Of a stretch of 64,000 nt of DNA, positions 12,440-24,179 are shown in pieces (position 1 is the stretch's first letter; every line of letters starts with the position of its first letter). The notes beneath the pieces were generated by a model. The model ran no database searches and was not told the DNA's origin. It saw only the letters and a list, made by a program, of their open reading frames with translations. Both the position numbers and the translations under genes were made by a program. Source of the stretch: Octopus sinensis (taxonomy: Eukaryota); contig NC_043008.1 in the NCBI RefSeq assembly GCF_006345805.1, positions 61,938,001 through 62,002,000 on the forward strand. Reading direction: 5' to 3'.

Positions 12440-13067
12440 TGAATGTAATAGGGTTAAGAAAAACTGTATGGAATCAGGTCAGTTCTACTCTGACTATTTT
12501 TGAGTGAAATATATAACGTGTATCCTAAATTCCCTTTATTTGTAGGTCGTGGTTTTCTTTCTGTTGCGCATATTCTGACCAATCCAGCATTCCGAGAACA
12601 ACTCGATATATTACTGCACTGCTCCCTGCTCTAGCAACCACTGAATCATCATTGCCATTCCCTGTACTGCACTGCCTACTTTCCATAAGCTAAACAGCTT
12701 TTACACAATATTTCCACATAATTCTGTTTTTATTCACACCATGAAAAGCAGGATGAATATGCATTCAGTTGTATACGCAAAAAAAAAACAAGTGTTTCTG
12801 TACCATCACAGAAGTTCGATATAAAATGATTCATGCATAAGTTTTAATATTTAATCGGATGAATGCAGTAAAGCACCTGTACATACCTACCATCAATCAA
12901 AGTCCCAAACAATGTTTACAGCATGCTGCGTGTCGTTGTCAATATTCGGTATCGTATATCTCTATGCTTCAGAAAATCATTCTGTGTTTATCGACGTAAT
13001 TAGACAGAGTTAAATCATTAGAAAAATAACTTTGAAATCTATGCACTTGGTGTAATAAATTAGCCTG

Positions 13068-13235
13068 TGGGATGAAGTTAAAATAATGGACATAGAACAC
13101 CACTGTAAAATACAAAAACTAAAAGAAGCAGCACATATGCTAGGACACAACAACCTTCTAAGCAGACCGAGTGCGGATATGAATAGCATATGGGAACCGG
13201 TATTAAGGAAGGATAGGAAAATATTAGATTTATAA
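13068..13235 (+). pseudogene. Penelope-like element GIY-YIG endonuclease C-terminal fragment
   Basis: WDEVKIMDIEHHCKIQKLKEAAHMLGHNNLLSRPSADMNSIWEPVLRK* fits the end of a PLE ORF. Confidence 0.7.
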
Positions 13236-13419
13236 GCCCAAAAATTCACTCCAAATTGTCCACGAACATATGACGTAGTGGTTAAGAGCGCGGGTTAATG
13301 ATTCCGAGATCGATTCCAGGCAGTGACCTTAATAATAATAATAATAACAACATCGAAAAATACCTTGGGAATGAGAACCCGGGTTCAAAATTCACCACGC
13401 TTCTCATTTTGTAATTGTT

Positions 13420-14400
13420 TGTTTTTCCTCCTAAGATCAATTCTTGTGTTTTCTCAAACTGTTGTCCTGGTTAGACAACTCTTCACAGTACAGTCGGAAA
13501 AATCTGTGGGGAGAGGCTTATCTGCACTGTCGCGCAGTTTTACGCTGGTGGTCTGGTCGACTGATATGTTTGAAGCTTCTCTTGACTGTTATGGTGCAGG
13601 TGATGTTATTGTTTCTCTCGAGTGTGATACCGTTACTAGTTGTTGACGTTTGTGAACGGATCTCTCCTGCTGCTCCTTCTATTGATATTGTTGCTATTTT
13701 GGTTGCTGCTGTTTTTGACGCTAATTCTCTATGTGTTGATGGTGAATCTGTTGGCTCCACTCTCCTGGCCGTTATCGAAAAACATATGTATATAACATTT
13801 CTTTTCTTAATCATTCTTCATTTATCTTTCATCACACTTACTGAGAGGTAACTTTCTCTCTCCACTTTGATTTACCTTAATAAGTGAAAAGTGAAAGGCT
13901 TCTAATAGCTTTGAAAATAACGAAGGCATCTCTCGGCGGAATTTTCTATCTCGCCCACCACTAAACTCTTTATCCACGCCCACTGTCAGTTACAAACTCC
14001 TTAACTGTCCTGGTCAAAAAAAGGTAGTGTGATGATCCCCACAAAGAATTCATTTGATACCTTCGTTGACCCTACTAGTAACAGCAGCTGTTCGACACAA
14101 TTGCACAAGTCAGCAAAGGTCGCATATTTTACGACGTCTAAAACAGTTTCGTTATCATGCTCGATTCTCAGAGTGGTTTCGAATCTCTCAACTTTAATAA
14201 TTTTGTGTATATCTCCATATTTCTAGTAAGCACGATATCATTCATTTCCATATGGTGTGAGGGCAAGTGTAATATATCTTAGCAGACATTTGGCATGGCT
14301 GCCATAGAAACCTGAATATATGTTGCAACTCCGTCCAAGTATTTTGCGTTTGCAGTATTAGGGCTGATGGCGAAAATTTGTGGCGATCATATTGTTAGCT
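13420..14400 (-). pseudogene. Decayed LINE ORF1 (RRM/gag-like) fragment
   Basis: KYGDIHKII RRM-like motif followed by a Thr/Ser-rich tail; multiple stops; organisation similar to 62776-63592. Confidence 0.4.
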
Positions 14401-14409
14401 ATGGTAATA

Positions 14410-14615
14410 GTAGTAGAGTTAAAGTTAATAATAATAATAACAATAATAATAATAATAAGAAGAAGAAGAAGAGAAGAAGAGGAGGAGGAGGAGGAGGAGA
14501 AGAAGAAGAAGAGGAGGAGGAAGAAGTAGAAGAAGAAGAAGAAGAAGAGGAAAAAGAAGAAGAAGATGATGATGATGAAGATAAAGAAGAAGAAGAAGAG
14601 AAGAAGAAGAAGTAG
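14410..14615. repeat. Compound (TAA)n(GAA)n(GGA)n microsatellite
   Basis: Direct; explains the poly-N/K/G/E ORFs. Confidence 0.95.
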
Positions 14616-15734
14616 AGAAAAAGAAGTTTATTATTTGCCACGAATGCAAAAGAGGAAGAAAAACAACAGCAATGACAGCAATATCAACATCAATACAGCA
14701 ACAATAACCTGAAAGGATAACATATTGATAATAAGAAATCATCAATTCCATTACAATATAATATCGAAATTCTCTGTCTACAATCTTCCTTGCAGCATTG
14801 GAAATATTTCTAAGAAAGGAAATTATTTCCGTCTCGAGTGGATGAAGACATCTCTGTTTTAGTGAAATCTTTAGCAGATCAACATAATTGAACAAAAGGC
14901 TACAAAAATAAAACGCGTAATAGATTCACGTTAGATCGATATTAGCAGGTCATAGAATATAACTACCGTCTCCAATAAATAAATCGTTTAAATGAGTAGT
15001 CAATATTCAGGATTATTTGTAGCCGAATTCATTAAGATAATTTACATTTTTTTTTTAGTTTGTGTTATGTTTGTATTTTTTAAGTTAGAGGGAAAATTAT
15101 ATAGTTTTATACTAATGTGCGTTAGAGCATTTCGGCGGGGGACATTCTGACATTTGCATATAGCAAGAATAATCGTTGCTTTTGTGCTTTGTCTTACAGT
15201 TCGATGTCAATTTAAATGGTAACCTTCTCTGTGAATTGTATGCATTCGAACTCTTATTTCTTTGAGACAAGGGCAAAATAAAATATTTGTCCCGTTGCAG
15301 TGGTAGAAATCTAACTTTTTAATTCATCGTATGAAATCGACTGTCCATAGATTTATTATTGAACATTTGTTAAATCGTAAATTTAAAGTTTTATACAAAA
15401 GCAATAATATAATTTGCATTAGGCGGCCTATTTGAAAGTGCGGAATAAATCCTTGTGTGCACAAAGCGTATAAACTTGAGTAAAGCAATTAATATATTAA
15501 GTATATACTTGTTCTGAATTTAGGATTTAAGTGCGTAATATTCTGATACCATGTGCTGCCTGTTGAAATACACCCATGCAGGAGCGCACACATGCACAGG
15601 CCCACATAGTCACTAATATGGTGTGTTCGTTGGTGATTACTCTAAATATGATTATTTAGTCATTTCGAAAAAACAATGATTGTTGTCTAACTTTTAAGGA
15701 GTTTTAAAACGTATTGCAAACTCATGGTAGTAAG

Positions 15735-15767
<33 letters not shown>

Positions 15768-15929
15768 ATATATATAGATATATATGAATTTACCTTTAGG
15801 TTGTAAAAATTTAGATTCAGATGAATATGGTTCTTAAGTTGAGACACCAGAATTTAGTATGGTACTATCCATACAATTTCAAGACAAGGTGATCAAAATC
15901 AAAATAAGCAACTAGGATATCCAGAGGTA

Positions 15930-16018
15930 ATGCAGTACGATCGTTTCATGCAACTCCATTTAATTGAATAATGCAAGCATTACATCAATTTAAAATGTAT
16001 AGCAATCTTCAGCTGCAC
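15930..16018 (-). ncRNA. Type I hammerhead ribozyme with a 58-nt stem II region
   Basis: GUGCAG-CUGAAGA-UUGC...GCAU-GAAA-CGAUCG-UA-CUGCAU; 6-bp stem I, palindromic stem III, GUA triplet. Confidence 0.8.
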
Positions 16019-16163
16019 AAAGACATATAATTTAATTAAATTTACGACCATATTGTTGTAGGTACATCATATTCTTTGTCTATCTCCTTAACTTCTTGGA
16101 GATCTTAGGTATTATTATACTAATGTTCCCATCTGTTCTGATTTAATTAAATTCTATGTATTT

Positions 16164-16252
16164 GTGCAGCTGAAAATTGCTCTACATTTTAAATTGATGT
16201 AATGATTACATTCTTCAATTAAATGGAGTTGCATGAAACGATCGTACTGCAT
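16164..16252 (+). ncRNA. Hammerhead copy with core mutation (CUGAAAA), probably inactive
   Basis: Inverted copy of 15930-16018 with a G8-to-A change. Confidence 0.7.
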
Positions 16253-16467
16253 TACCTCTAGATATCCTTGTTGCTTATTTTGATTTATATATATATTTGA
16301 AAAATTGAAAAAATAGAGTAAGCAAGAAGGGGTACAGTTAGACAGCTATTAACAAACTCTACACATGTTTCGATACAACATATATTGGTAATTCTAAGTG
16401 TGAGCGAGCTCTATTTTATACTCAACTACGTTCCTAACGAATATGCCTTAATGTATACATAAATATA

Positions 16468-16512
<45 letters not shown>

Positions 16513-16556
16513 ATATCTATATATATATATGTATATGTATATATAATATATATATA

Positions 16557-16587
<31 letters not shown>

Positions 16588-18584
16588 CATACATGTATAT
16601 ACATATATATACACACAAATATACACATATACACATATACACGCGCAAATATACGCAAACACTCTTACACATATATATTTTACATAGTTACAAAACCATT
16701 TAAAGGGACGTAGAAACTACGTATATAAGAGGAAAATGAGAAAATGGCAAAAAGAAAGACAGAGAGGACACATGTGTTTGCATGAGAAATCTCAAGCGTT
16801 TTCTAGCTATCATGGACAGTTTAAGTGATATTACTAACTCACTGTATTATTTGCATAACCATTTTAACTCTATATTCACTATACAGATATATTCAACTGA
16901 GTGTAAAATTGGTTCGTTCAAATGTAACTGTTTCAAACTACAGTCACTTTACAAATAGCAAACTGTGAAATTATTCTTTCTCACGTTTACGAAAGCAAAC
17001 AAGGAATAAATGACAAATAAACTGCAAAAATTGTATTCAGCTTGGTGGAAAATTGTATATTTTAAATCTTTTATTTTAACTATTTCTTGCCAAATGTTTG
17101 TTGTATTTCGCTGTGTTTAATTTTTGTTGAGTTTGTTTTCAAAGAAAAGTAAGCCAGAATAAAATAGAGTAAATTTCATTTTATTCAAAACTTGAATATG
17201 AAAAGTTTAGTTCGTAACACTCTGAAAATAATATCAAATATCGATAGTGTATATTTGTAAAAGCATATAAATTCAAACAATATATATGGTGTATAGGAAA
17301 AAAAGTGCCATAATTTACTGCGGAATACGACTATGGTGATTTGGTGTTATTTTCTTTAAATCATAAAATCATAAAAAGGTTTATTTCTTTCATCTGTTTT
17401 TCCTTTTAGTTTTTCATTTGCGTTCAGTGCTTTATTTTCACTTTTGATTTCAATTTGTAGTACAATGCTAATTTCTGATCACCTCAAATGGTATGTGATG
17501 CACGATAGCTGAAATATTTCCGGAGAGTTAATACTGATCGTGTGAGTATATCGTTATTCTTTTTTAACATTACTCCATTTTAATTTGGTATTTCCCTTTC
17601 TTCTATTATTTATTTGTCCATTTGAAGACTTTCCTGAAAAGATCAGTGAGAGAGTCAAGGATCAAATCTTCATCATCTTGACCCGTTTGCAATCAGTGAA
17701 CCTGTCACGTATTAAGCATATAACAGAGAAGCTGAGATAAGGCGATAATGAGAAAGATAGATAGGTTGAGAGATTGAGAAGAGAGGAGAGAAAATCACTT
17801 ATAAAGTTCATGGCAGGCGTGGGATAACTTGACCGCAACACTATTAATGCAAAACAACAGTTTACATAAGAATTTACACGAATCTAATTTGTAATTTGAC
17901 ATTAATCCAAGTAGCTGACTGCGATGGGGCCTCGAAATGATGCAATGGATATAGCAACCATATTCTTCAGCTCACATGCTACAGGCTAAGCAAAAAGCAT
18001 TAGACTGTGTAGTCAGAACTAATCTAAAGTCTGGTTGTCAAAGCTGGGATGATTTCGCTCTTAGATCTTTTTGTATTGGTATTAAACAAGAATTAGCCAA
18101 CTTTCGCGTCTGTGGCAATGGAGCAGATAATTAACTTACAACCAAGATCAAGTAAATCTATTTACAAATAGACAGCATGTGTTTTAGTTCAGTACCCCTC
18201 TAGTGAAAAGTCCATGTTCTGGTAGGAATAACGGGAACTAGATTAAAAAAGTGTTAAGCGAATAAAATGTCAGATGTGTTTTGATGATCTGTGCTGTTAT
18301 GTATTCTAGAAAATCAAAGAATGTGATTTTCTGTTCATAGCAGGTACATGCATTTGTGTTCTACCAGTTCTTCTCCGTTTGTGATATTAGTGTGTAGATG
18401 CGTCAATGTTTGGACGTATAAAACCTTCAAGATCTATGTGCGTGTAAAGGTATTTGTAGAAACGAGATAAAATTTAAAAGAATTCGAGTGTGTTCATTTA
18501 TATGTATGCATTTATGTATATGTATGTATATATATGTATATATGTGTATATATATATATATGTGTATATAAATGTATATATATT

Positions 18585-18615
<31 letters not shown>

Positions 18616-18624
18616 TATATATAT

Positions 18625-18682
<58 letters not shown>

Positions 18683-18684
18683 AT

Positions 18685-18968
18685 ATATCCGTAAATATAA
18701 TATGTGTCAATTATTCGGTTGCCATGATAAAGATCCACGTTTCGGAAGTCGGGCGGAAACTCACGCCGGCATCTCTTCAGTTATCGGGCCATCAAAAAAA
18801 TAAAATGCTATGAAAATGGCCGTTTTGTTTGAACGGTCATTTTCAGAGCACTCTTTTCGATGACCCGATAACTAAAGGGATGCCGTCGTGTGTTTCCGCC
18901 TCGACATCCGAAACTCGGAGTTTTATCATGGCTACCGAATAATTGTCACATATTATATTTACAGATAA
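18685..18968. mobile_element. Tail-out inverted duplication with decayed hammerheads (HHR family C)
   Basis: Arms ~18685-18800 and ~18852-18968; left arm keeps GAUAA-CUGAAGA, right arm keeps GGAUG/CAUCC-GAAA-CUCGGAG-UU-UUAUC; TA runs outside. Confidence 0.65.
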
Positions 18969-19029
18969 ATTCCTCTATTTACATTTCATTCTTTTGTTGT
19001 CTTGCCATTTCTATTAATAATATATATAA

Positions 19030-19064
<35 letters not shown>

Positions 19065-19076
19065 TAATAATATATA

Positions 19077-19121
<45 letters not shown>

Positions 19122-19184
19122 GTAGGTGGTCCATTAGCAATTACAACCTAAAGGCAATTTTATAAACACTGTTTACGACTTTTA

Positions 19185-19828
19185 ACATTTCGATAGAGGA
19201 TCCATTTTACGTCACCATTCACAAGTCTATCCAAAAACGGTGAAATGAGGTCGCAAGAATGGAGAGAAGAGCAGATGTCAACTCGGGATTTGCGGTTGCC
19301 TTCGGACAATTCATGAGGCATAATTTTCTAAGTTTAGTAACCGTTCCAAGTTGTTGAAGATGACGATGAACAGTTGTATGGTTTGAATTAAGCTTTATTG
19401 CCAATTCTTCAACTGATAATGCAGGATTTTAATCAAGTAATGCCTCAAGGAGCTTATCATCAAACTCAAATGGACATTCTGTTCGATCTTCAAGGCTGAA
19501 ATCACCACTTCTGAATTTTGCAAACCATCTTCTGCAAGTTTTTTCATTCAAGCATTATTTCCCATAAACTGAGTGTATATTTGGAGTCGCTTCGGCTGCA
19601 GAGTTTCCTTTTTTGTACTCACAAAGCATTATGTTCCTTAAATGTTAGAAAGGGTTTTAATCAAAGAAATTTTAATTCTACTATTCTATAAAATAATATT
19701 TAATTAATTTAAATGAACACAAATGCATAAAAATAATTTTAATTCTATTAAAAATTCGAAAATACTATCAAATTTTATTCAGTTTAGAAAAGATAAAATC
19801 GGACAGAACTTATGGGATGCCCTGATAG
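19185..19828 (-). mobile_element. Mariner transposon 5' half (decayed)
   Basis: EKTCRRWFAKFRSGDFSLED and ELAIKLNSNHTTVHRHLQQLG (mariner HTH region); TIR-like ATCAGGGCATCCCATAAG next to TA at ~19811-19828. Confidence 0.85.
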
Positions 19829-20049
19829 TATAAATAATGTAGGTGGCCCATTACCAATTAAATCCTAAAGGCAAATTTATAAACAAGGGTATAAAATAGC
19901 ATCAGCATTGCTAGAAACAAAATCAAAAAACGATTCAATACACACACAATGTTATTGTGATTGAAATTTTAATCAACAGAGATTCCAGAAATAACTTAGT
20001 AGCTACGAGCAGAGCGTTGCGTGCATGGGGCTTGTCAAATTTTCGTTGA

Positions 20050-20737
20050 CTCGAAGTATGAACTCCCTTAAGAGATCTTCATAAATTATGTGTAACAAAT
20101 TGTCTAGACAGTTAGATTTATACAAGACATTAAGCATTTGACTATATTCTCAGAACTCTAAAACAATGGCTGTTAATTATCAAGAGCAATTGATAATTCT
20201 CAGACGTTGAGTCACTTTCGTAACTTCCGCAGATTAGAAATATCATATATGCTACGTATTCAGTTGTATTTGCCCTCCTTATTCTGCAATTCTTCTACGT
20301 TTCACTATAGACATCAATATCTATGTCTCTAAGTAAACTATGTATATGCATTAAGTATGTGTGGTCGATAAAGATTATTACACTAGCGCTGCTTCTATTT
20401 CACAGTTGAATATATTCTTACGTATGCATAATTGGGGCGTACCGGTACATAGTTTTTACACTATATCCATATAAGGCGTGGAGTGGCGGTACGTTTCACC
20501 TCCGAATCGGTTCGGCTACGTGATATTGATAAGCCACAAAAATGGCGAAATATCGATGTCCATTACTCTTGGATGAGATTTGAGTGAGGTGCGTCGCATG
20601 TCCATGACTTTCAAGTGTTTCAGTAATACGCGCTTTGAAAAAGTAGACTCCACTGCGCCAATTCGCAACCTACCAGCAAAGACTTTTCTCGCGAGTGTTA
20701 AGCCTGTGTTGTCGATAATTGTTATTACACTAACGCT

Positions 20738-20795
<58 letters not shown>

Positions 20796-21180
20796 GGTGG
20801 GATGTCTGTGTATGTTTCTGTATAATACATGTATGTATATATACATATATATACGGTGAGGTATATAGGTATATATTGTGAATATTTGGCATTATAACCA
20901 TGTCTCAATAAACATGTTGCCGTTCTTAAATTTACACAACATTCTCTCTGGGTTCTTTTCATAAATTTCTCATCAGCAAGAGTGATTGTCATCTTTTTAG
21001 GAAAATACAAAGATATGTCACTGGTAAATGAAAGAAAGTAAATAAATTGCTCTTGATAATTAACAACCATTATCTTAGAGTTCTGAAAATATAGTCAATT
21101 GTTTTGTCTTCTTGTACGAACCTGTCTAGACAATTTGCTACACATAATTTATGAACATCTCTTAAGGGAGTCCATAGTTC
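20050..21180. repeat. Diverged inverted repeat (~140 bp arms)
   Basis: 20050-20190 matches the reverse complement of 21045-21180 (e.g. CTGTCTAGACAATTTG, TCTCTTAAGGGAGT). Confidence 0.75.
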
Positions 21181-21344
21181 AGTTAACAAAAATATCTTTG
21201 ACGCTAGATGAAAAACAGATCATACACTCACGTCTTATAAACATGCTCACCATTTTGGTACACGTCATCTGCGGTAAACTATATCTGAAAATGATTGGAC
21301 GGTTATAACTTGAATACCTTTTAATATTACTGTATTTGAGTTAA

Positions 21345-21470
21345 GGCGGAAAGCTTGCAGAATCGTTACCCAGCCGGGCAAAATGCCCAGCGGCATTTCG
21401 CCCGTATTTACATTCTGTGGTCCAATGTCACCAAGGTCAAATTTACCTTTCATTCTTCGGTGTAGATAAA
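21345..21470 (-). mobile_element. Degenerate SINE S3 fragment
   Basis: Diverged match to the S3 head and body. Confidence 0.6.
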
Positions 21471-21947
21471 ATTAGTAGCAGTTGTGCATTGGGGTCCATG
21501 TAGTCGTCTTATGCTCCTCTCCGAAATTGCTGAGCTTGTGCCAAAATCTGAAAACTCTTATTCTGCTAGAGTACATTATTTTGGATGTGGTGTGGTTAAA
21601 CAACATCAACGCTATCATCACTAACATAACCAATTCTAATAGATTTTCTATTTGCTTCTGGTCTATTATAGAATATTCTTAGATTAATTAAAACGTTTCG
21701 CAAAAATGTAAAATTTCTTGACTTCTATAATTTCCTTCTCTTAGCTGTGAGTTTTCATAGCCCCAATATGAGGCTTTATATTATTAACGTTTTTATAGAC
21801 CATTGTTCAGTAAATACAAAATTTGTGTTCGCAAACATTTCACGTAATATGTTCCGAGTGGTGAGTGTTTTCCTTATATCTCTCATCAACGTATACCCTG
21901 ACTCCTTGAATCTGATTCGTATATGTGTATACATATATATATATATA

Positions 21948-22950
21948 TAAGTTCAGCAAAATCTAGATTCAAATGATTATAGTACTTAAGTTAGATGCAC
22001 CAGAATTTTGTATGGTGTTATCCATATAAATCCTTGGGGTGATTATAATCAAAATAAGCAACAAGTATAATTTCGGTAATTTGGTACGATCGTTTCGCAC
22101 CACATCATTTTATTAAATGTTGTAAGTATTACAACAGTTTTAAAATGCTGGGCACTCATCAGCCATTAATAGAGGTTTTCCATTAGTACATAATTTTCAT
22201 ATCAAGTGATAACATTATAGAGAAGGTAGATACATAGACAAAGATATGGATTTAAATTTTAAGAACATTTAAGGTAGTGGAGTTAATCAACTGACTGAAT
22301 ATTATTCAGTTGCTTTGAACTGCTAGAAGGCTTTGAGAAGAATGGACAATTGAATGGAGACAAGAAAGTGTTTCTTTTTATAGAATTAGGGGTGAAATAG
22401 ATGTCAAAGTTCCAGATAAAGAAATTGAGGTAGAGAGAAAAGGGTTGTCACACTACAGATGCCTTTTACTACAATTTGGTAAACAGATATAGCATTAGGA
22501 AAACTAGGTTAATGTCAAATGGTTATAATGACCACTCAGAGAATGTAGAGATTTTTTTAAAACTAATATACATCAACATTATAATTAGCTGATAGGTTTT
22601 GAGTATTTTGATACGTTGGATTAAAAGAGAAATTATAGATCTAAAATTCATTCAATTTAGAGAAAAATCTATCACGTATTAAGAGTAGGCATAATACTTA
22701 TTAATTGGGGGAAAAGTCTTATTAATCAAGTGAATATATTAGGGGTCAAAAATATATAATAGGAAAAATGGAAGAGGAGAAATCAAACAAGAAAGGTATT
22801 TGTAGGTTTGGTAGAAGGTGATTTAATAAAATGAAGAGAAGTAATTTAGAAGAATAAATTACTCAGATTTCATAGATAGTGAATTGTTATTAATGAATTA
22901 AAATATATAATCTTTTGGAAATAATATTTACTACCCGCGGAGAAAGTTAA
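21948..22950 (-). mobile_element. 5'-truncated Penelope-like element (HHR family B)
   Basis: Homologous to 15781-16041; weak decayed endonuclease tail upstream (TTLNV, KSISLSMY); 3' end abuts (TA)n. Confidence 0.6.
22077..22168 (-). ncRNA. Type I hammerhead ribozyme, canonical CUGAUGA core
   Basis: UAAUGG-CUGAUGA-GUGCC...GGUGC-GAAA-CGAUCG-UA-CCAAAUUA; G10.1-C11.1 pair present; stem I has a 2-nt bulge. Confidence 0.8.
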
Positions 22951-23051
22951 TTAGTTAGGTACAAAATATCCTAGGTTAATTATATATAAAGAATGGAAGT
23001 GAGATAATCAAGGTGAACCGAATAGTTTCCTTAGGGACATAGAATTTATAC

Positions 23052-23113
<62 letters not shown>

Positions 23114-23145
23114 GTATGTATGTGTGTGTGTGTGTGTGTGTGTGT

Positions 23146-23445
23146 GGAGGCGTAATGGCCCAGTGGTTAGGGCAGTGGACTCGCGGTCGTAGGGTCGCGG
23201 TTTCGCTCCCGAGACCGGGCGTTGTGTGTGTTTATTGAGCGAAAACACCTAAAAGCTCCACGAGGCTCCGGCAGGAGTGGGGGTGATCCCTGCTGTACTC
23301 TTTCACCATTCTTTCTCTCACTCTTTCTTCTGTTGGCCTGCTCGCTTAGCCAGCGGGGTGGCGTTATTCGAAGGCTAAAAACAATACGAACGCATTGTGA
23401 CCAGCGATGTGTAGCAACATCTGATGGTCTGGTCGGTCACGTGAT

Positions 23446-23452
<7 letters not shown>
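23146..23452 (+). mobile_element. SINE family S2, tail variant 2
   Basis: tRNA-like head GGAGGCGTAATGGCCCAGTGGTTAGGG with A/B-box-like motifs, shared middle, distinct tail also present at 58545-58660. Confidence 0.85.
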
Positions 23453-23497
<45 letters not shown>

Positions 23498-23956
23498 ATT
23501 CTGTTGTGCCTGGGGAGAGTCATTCTCTTTTAGTGCCTTATAATTTGACACACTCACCGGTAAAATTTCACTCATTTATTTGTTCTTCAAAAATGTTCGT
23601 TGCGTCTTGCAAACTTTTCAATAGTTGTTGACTGTCCGTTATCCAAGCTGCATTCTTTTTTGTTTGTTTGTACGCATTCGAGTAGTTCAGTGTGTGTGCG
23701 GATATACATGTGGTTATCTATATAGTTATCCATGTATTATGTATGCATGCATATAAATGTGTGTATGCATGTATGTATGTAAGTGTGCATATTTACATCT
23801 GTATATATGTGTGTACGTTTGTATGTATGTATTTTGCCATATGTGTCCCTGTGTCAAGTGAAGTGTGTGGTCCAAAAGCGAAATATGTAGGTATATATAT
23901 GTATATGTATATGTATATGTGTGTGTGTGCGTGTGTGTATAGAGAGAGAGGGATAA

Positions 23957-24029
<73 letters not shown>

Positions 24030-24179
24030 GAGACAGAAGGACAGACAGACAGAGAAAGATTGGATGCGGTGAATATTTAGTCATTTAAATTACGCAAAAA
24101 TAAACGCAATACTGACATCTCGTTTTAAAAGATATATTTAACAAAATTATATATAAAAGATATTGAAATACTAAAGAGA

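Larger units (their letters stand above)
15781..16290. mobile_element. Penelope-like 3' end with inverted duplication (HHR family B)
   Basis: Arms 15896-16041 and 16141-16286; spacer on the minus strand reads KEIDKEYDVPTTIWS (PLE ORF tail-like); both outer ends in TA runs. Confidence 0.8.

Noticed and set aside
8854-15218. Microexon candidates 8854-8866 and 15200-15218 joining as YSFQFDVNLN
   Set aside because: Splice-like signals arise often by chance in AT-rich DNA; no homology or transcript evidence
16350-16375. GAAA-CAUGUG-UA half-motif on the minus strand
   Set aside because: No CUGANGA or matching stem I upstream
23146-23220. tRNA gene
   Set aside because: tRNA-like heads are fused to SINE bodies, lack a full cloverleaf, and several such copies are flanked by TSDs
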